Under the pieces are notes generated by a model, which was not told the origin of the DNA, searched no databases, and saw nothing but the letters and a program-made list of their open reading frames with translations. From assembly GCF_009914755.1 (NCBI RefSeq), contig NC_060937.1: a stretch of 64,000 bases of DNA; one strand, given 5' to 3'. A program made the translations under genes and the position numbers. Positions 60,337-64,000 of this stretch are shown here, in pieces. Source of the stretch: the human T2T-CHM13v2.0 reference genome, Homo sapiens. The first letter of the stretch is position 1, and each line of letters begins with the position of its first letter.

Positions 60337-60599
60337 TTATATATATTGGAATTTTATTCAGCCTTAAAAAAGGTAGGAAATCCTGCCATTTGCAAGAACA
60401 CGGATGAACCCGAAGGACAATATGTTGTATTAGTCAGACACAGAAAGACAAATACTGCATGATCTCATTTATATGTAAAATCTTTAAAAAGTCAAATACA
60501 TACAAACAGTAAAAAGGTGGTTAGCAGGGGTGGGGAGCCTGGGGAGAATGTGGAGATGTTTGTCAAAGGGTACAAACTTTCAGTTATAAAATGAATAAG

Positions 60600-60914
60600 G
60601 GTTAGATGTGGCAGCTCACGCCTATAATCCCAGCACGTTTGGAGACCAAGATAGGAGGATTGCTTTAGGCCAGAGTTAGAGACCAACTTGGGCAACATGG
60701 GGAGACCCCCATCTCTACGAAAAATTAAAAAAAATTTTACAGGCGGTGACATGTACTTGTAGTCCCAGCTACTTGGGACTCTGAGGTAGGAGGAGTGCTT
60801 GTGCACCCAGGAGGTTGAGGCTGCAGTGAGCTATTATTGTGCCACAGCAATCCAGTCTGGGTGACAGAGTGAGACCCTGTCATGAGACCTGTCTCAAAAA
60901 CAAAAACAAAAAAA
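60600..60914 (+). mobile_element. AluJ element
   Basis: Diverged Alu with GGAGGATTGCTTTAGGCCAG and GAGGCTGCAGTGAGCTA. Confidence 0.85.
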
Positions 60915-61082
60915 GTAGTAGTTCTGGACACTTAATTTACAGCATGGTTGATTATAGTTAATAATAATGTTTTGTATTCTTGAAATTCACTAAGAGAAAT
61001 CTTAAGTATCCTTACGACATACACACAGACAAAATGGTGACTATGTGAAGTGATAGATATGTTAATTAGCTTAATTGTAGTG

Positions 61083-61418
61083 CAGTAGTGCCCCCTTATC
61101 CTCAGAGGATATGTTCCAAGACCCTCAGTAGATGCTTGAATCCACAGATAGTACTTAACCCTATATATACTATGTTTTTTCCTATCCTGTACATATATAC
61201 CTGCATTAAAGTTTAATTTGTAAATTAGCCACAGTAAGAGATTAGTAACAATGACTAAGAAAATAGAACAATTATGACAAGATGCTGTAATAAAAAGTAT
61301 GTGAATGTAGTCTGTTTCTCTCAAAATAGGTACTCCGCTCACCTGTTTTCAAACCATGGTTGACCATGGGAAACTGAAACTGTGGAAAGTGAAACCGTGG
61401 ATATGGAATGACTGATGT
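61083..61418. mobile_element. MER44A (Tigger7-type) element
   Basis: Inverted ends CAGTAGTGCCCCCTTATCC.. and ..GGAAAGTGAAACCGTGGATA. Confidence 0.7.
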
Positions 61419-64000
61419 AATCACTTCTTATTGTATAGATGTATCAAAATATCACATTGAACACCTTAAATATAAACTTTTTCGTTTGTCAATTGTACCT
61501 CCATAAAGCTGGAAAAAAATGTGACCTCATTTGTTTGTTGGTGATTTCCTTTTTTGAAACAGCACATGTCATATTTGGTAAAAGGAGTTGATATTGTTAA
61601 TCCATATAATTGGATCTGAGTTGTAGGAATTAATCTCCTTACTCAATGGTTTTCAACCTTGTTTCCAAGAGTAGTAGATATCAGTTTTGTAGCTATTTTT
61701 CAGAAAAGCTAATTAGTAGCCCTTTGAGTATGGTGGCAGTTTTCTTTCCTATATGGTTATACCTTTTTGGATGGATCATTTTTGGGCTTTGAGCTCAATA
61801 ATCTAAGCAGAGAGCTTGACCAGAAACTTAGTTCTAGGTAGGTTATGTATCATCTGTTCAGAAAATGAGGTCTGTAATGTCGTTCTTTGTGTGTGTGTAT
61901 GTGTGTGTGTTACCCTTATTGATACTTACCAGTTTGCTATTAATGTGTGAATGGGAGCTGAAGAAACTATAGTGGAACCAACAGTCTTAACTTACACTTT
62001 GGTGGTTCAGTTGCTGCTTGTTTCTCTGAGCATATGGAGAAAAAAAAGAAAAAAAAACAAAGAGAGAAAAAGCCACTCTGTAGCTACTGCCACAACTTTT
62101 TTTTTTTTTCCTTTTTAGAACTACGCTAGTGTTAGTGCTGGACACTACAAGGCTCTTGGGGTAAAGTAGTGAATTAGATACAATATTTCTGCCTTCAGGA
62201 TGCTTACATATTCATAGTTGAGATAGGGACAAATGAGCAAGCAAGCAAGTCACAGTTCAGTTAAGAGCTGACAGGTTTATGAACTGAGTTCCATAGGAGT
62301 TTTTCAAATTTATTTTAATTTTTCTGATCATATGCTGCATGATCTGTAAGAGTTCTTAAGGGAGGGAGTCCCAGGTGCTCAACTTTTGGGCAGATGGCCA
62401 GGTAAATCTGAATTTGCCAGGTACATGTTTTTCTGGAAATAGAATCAACTTTCTTACCCACAAAGGCATTGTGTAACTGGGTGACTGATTCACATGGTGT
62501 TCACCCCTGCATGTTGTTTCAAAAATGTGATTGAGTACAAGTAAGGTCAGTTTTTACATTCCTCTTCTTGGCTTTGCCACTCTTGCCTTTTACTTCTGTG
62601 CACATCCAAGAATGTCCTTAACACTAGACTGCTGTAAGCTCATATTATACAGGTGAAATTTTCTAGCGTCTTAGCCTGTTATTCCTTCTGTTCCTACGTA
62701 TCACCTAGGTAAGGAGGAAATCTAGGAGCAAAAGATAAAGGCAGTTCTTCCCCCTATTTCTCTGTAATACCTTCATATTTCATTTAATGTAACCCTACTG
62801 CTAATTACTTATTACAGTCTCATGAACTATGCGTAAGGATATATCTTTTGACCCTGAGGTAGAGCACAAAAGCACATGTTTCTTATGACTTATTTTCATC
62901 TTTCATATTTCACAAAGTGCAAGCTAGATAGAACATTATTTTTAACTTTTGAAATTGCAACTTAAATTTATGTCAGTTATGACAGCATACATAGTAGTAC
63001 TTTTCTGATAGTTCCAGGATGATTTATGTCACCACTTGGTGGAGCTCTTTTATAAGTAAGTGCATTGTTTAAAAAAGCGAGTATAAGTTGTCACTAATTA
63101 GGGGTTATCATTAGATTGGTTCAAATGAACTCAACTAAATGATGGTATAATTGGTAATCTCTTCAAGTACTGAGTGTAGATTTTGTTTTAAACTGTAATG
63201 TATGTGATTAAAATTTTGATAAAGATTTTTCTCGAGTATTTCTAATTTTTCTCTCTCCTGCTTTATGTAAATGTAGCACTTATTGACTTTTCTCCTATTT
63301 TACAATTGTAGATAATTTAAAAAATGTATGCAGGATTAATAAGGAAAATGAAAACTGTTCGTAATCCTACCATGTAGAGATAATCGTGAACATTTTAATA
63401 TATATTTTCATTTTCTCTTCTTTTTTGTTTTTTCACAAAATTGGAATCAAAATATGTGCAGAACTTTTTATTCTGTTTTTTTCTTAACGTTATATGTTGG
63501 GTATTTTTACATATCCCTTTAATATTCCTTGAAACTGTTTTGGGTTTTTATATTATTCTATGATATAGCTCTATCACAATATGTTTAACCATTCTGTTTT
63601 AAGATTTTTAGGCTCTTCCTACTATTTTTGCTATTATAAATAACTTTTCAAACATCTATTACACTAAATCTTTTTTTAATTTTTAAGTTTTGTGGGTACA
63701 TATCAAGTGTACACATTTATGGGACATATGAAATGCCCTGATGCAGGCATGCAGTTCTGTTACTCTAAATCTTGACTCAACTCTATTTTTACTTGTTAAA
63801 TTCTTAGCTATAAAACTGAGGTATTTTAAGGATTTTTATGTACCTTAACAAAATGTCCTTCAATTGACATTATTCTCAAATATGTTTGTTGAAAATATGT
63901 TTGTTGAAAGTACCTTTTTTTTTTTGCAAAGTGCTTGTTCTTTGCCCATTTTCCCCCCATTTTTTGTTCTTTTTTTGGTGTGTGTGGGGGAATTGTTTTG

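Larger units (their letters stand above)
58195..61500 (+). mobile_element. Fragmented L1M ORF2 and 3' UTR with nested insertions
   Basis: HGTFSRINHMSGHKTS endonuclease-domain peptide, GPDGFTGEFYQTF DNA (~59005-59043) and L1 3' UTR motifs. Confidence 0.85.

Overview
Human genomic DNA from the 5' end of the retinoblastoma gene RB1 (13q14). It holds about 32 kb of repeat-rich upstream sequence, the CpG-island promoter, exon 1 (ATG 32247), intron 1, exon 2 (35614-35740) and the first ~28 kb of intron 2; exon 3 lies beyond the window. Intron 2 carries two antisense processed pseudogenes: the PPP1R26/KIAA0649 retrocopy (PPP1R26P1, known source of the imprinted RB1 CpG island and 2B transcript) and a PCNP retrocopy. 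The rest is Alu, L1, L2/MIR, ERVL/MaLR and DNA-transposon fossils, including a full-length Ricksha MULE element with TIRs, TSD, DDE remnants and an ERVL passenger. I found no new protein-coding system, and the headline biology (retrocopy-derived imprinting) is already described. The less familiar observations are structural: two short locally templated insertions (8092-8270 from 9206-9384; 49522-49658 from 50383-50526), a retrocopy that seems to extend ~0.9 kb 5' of its ORF start, a chimeric L1 within one TSD, and a PCNP retrocopy of an apparently alternatively spliced mRNA. Repeat subfamily names and comparisons to parent genes come from recalled consensus sequences, not from a run search.
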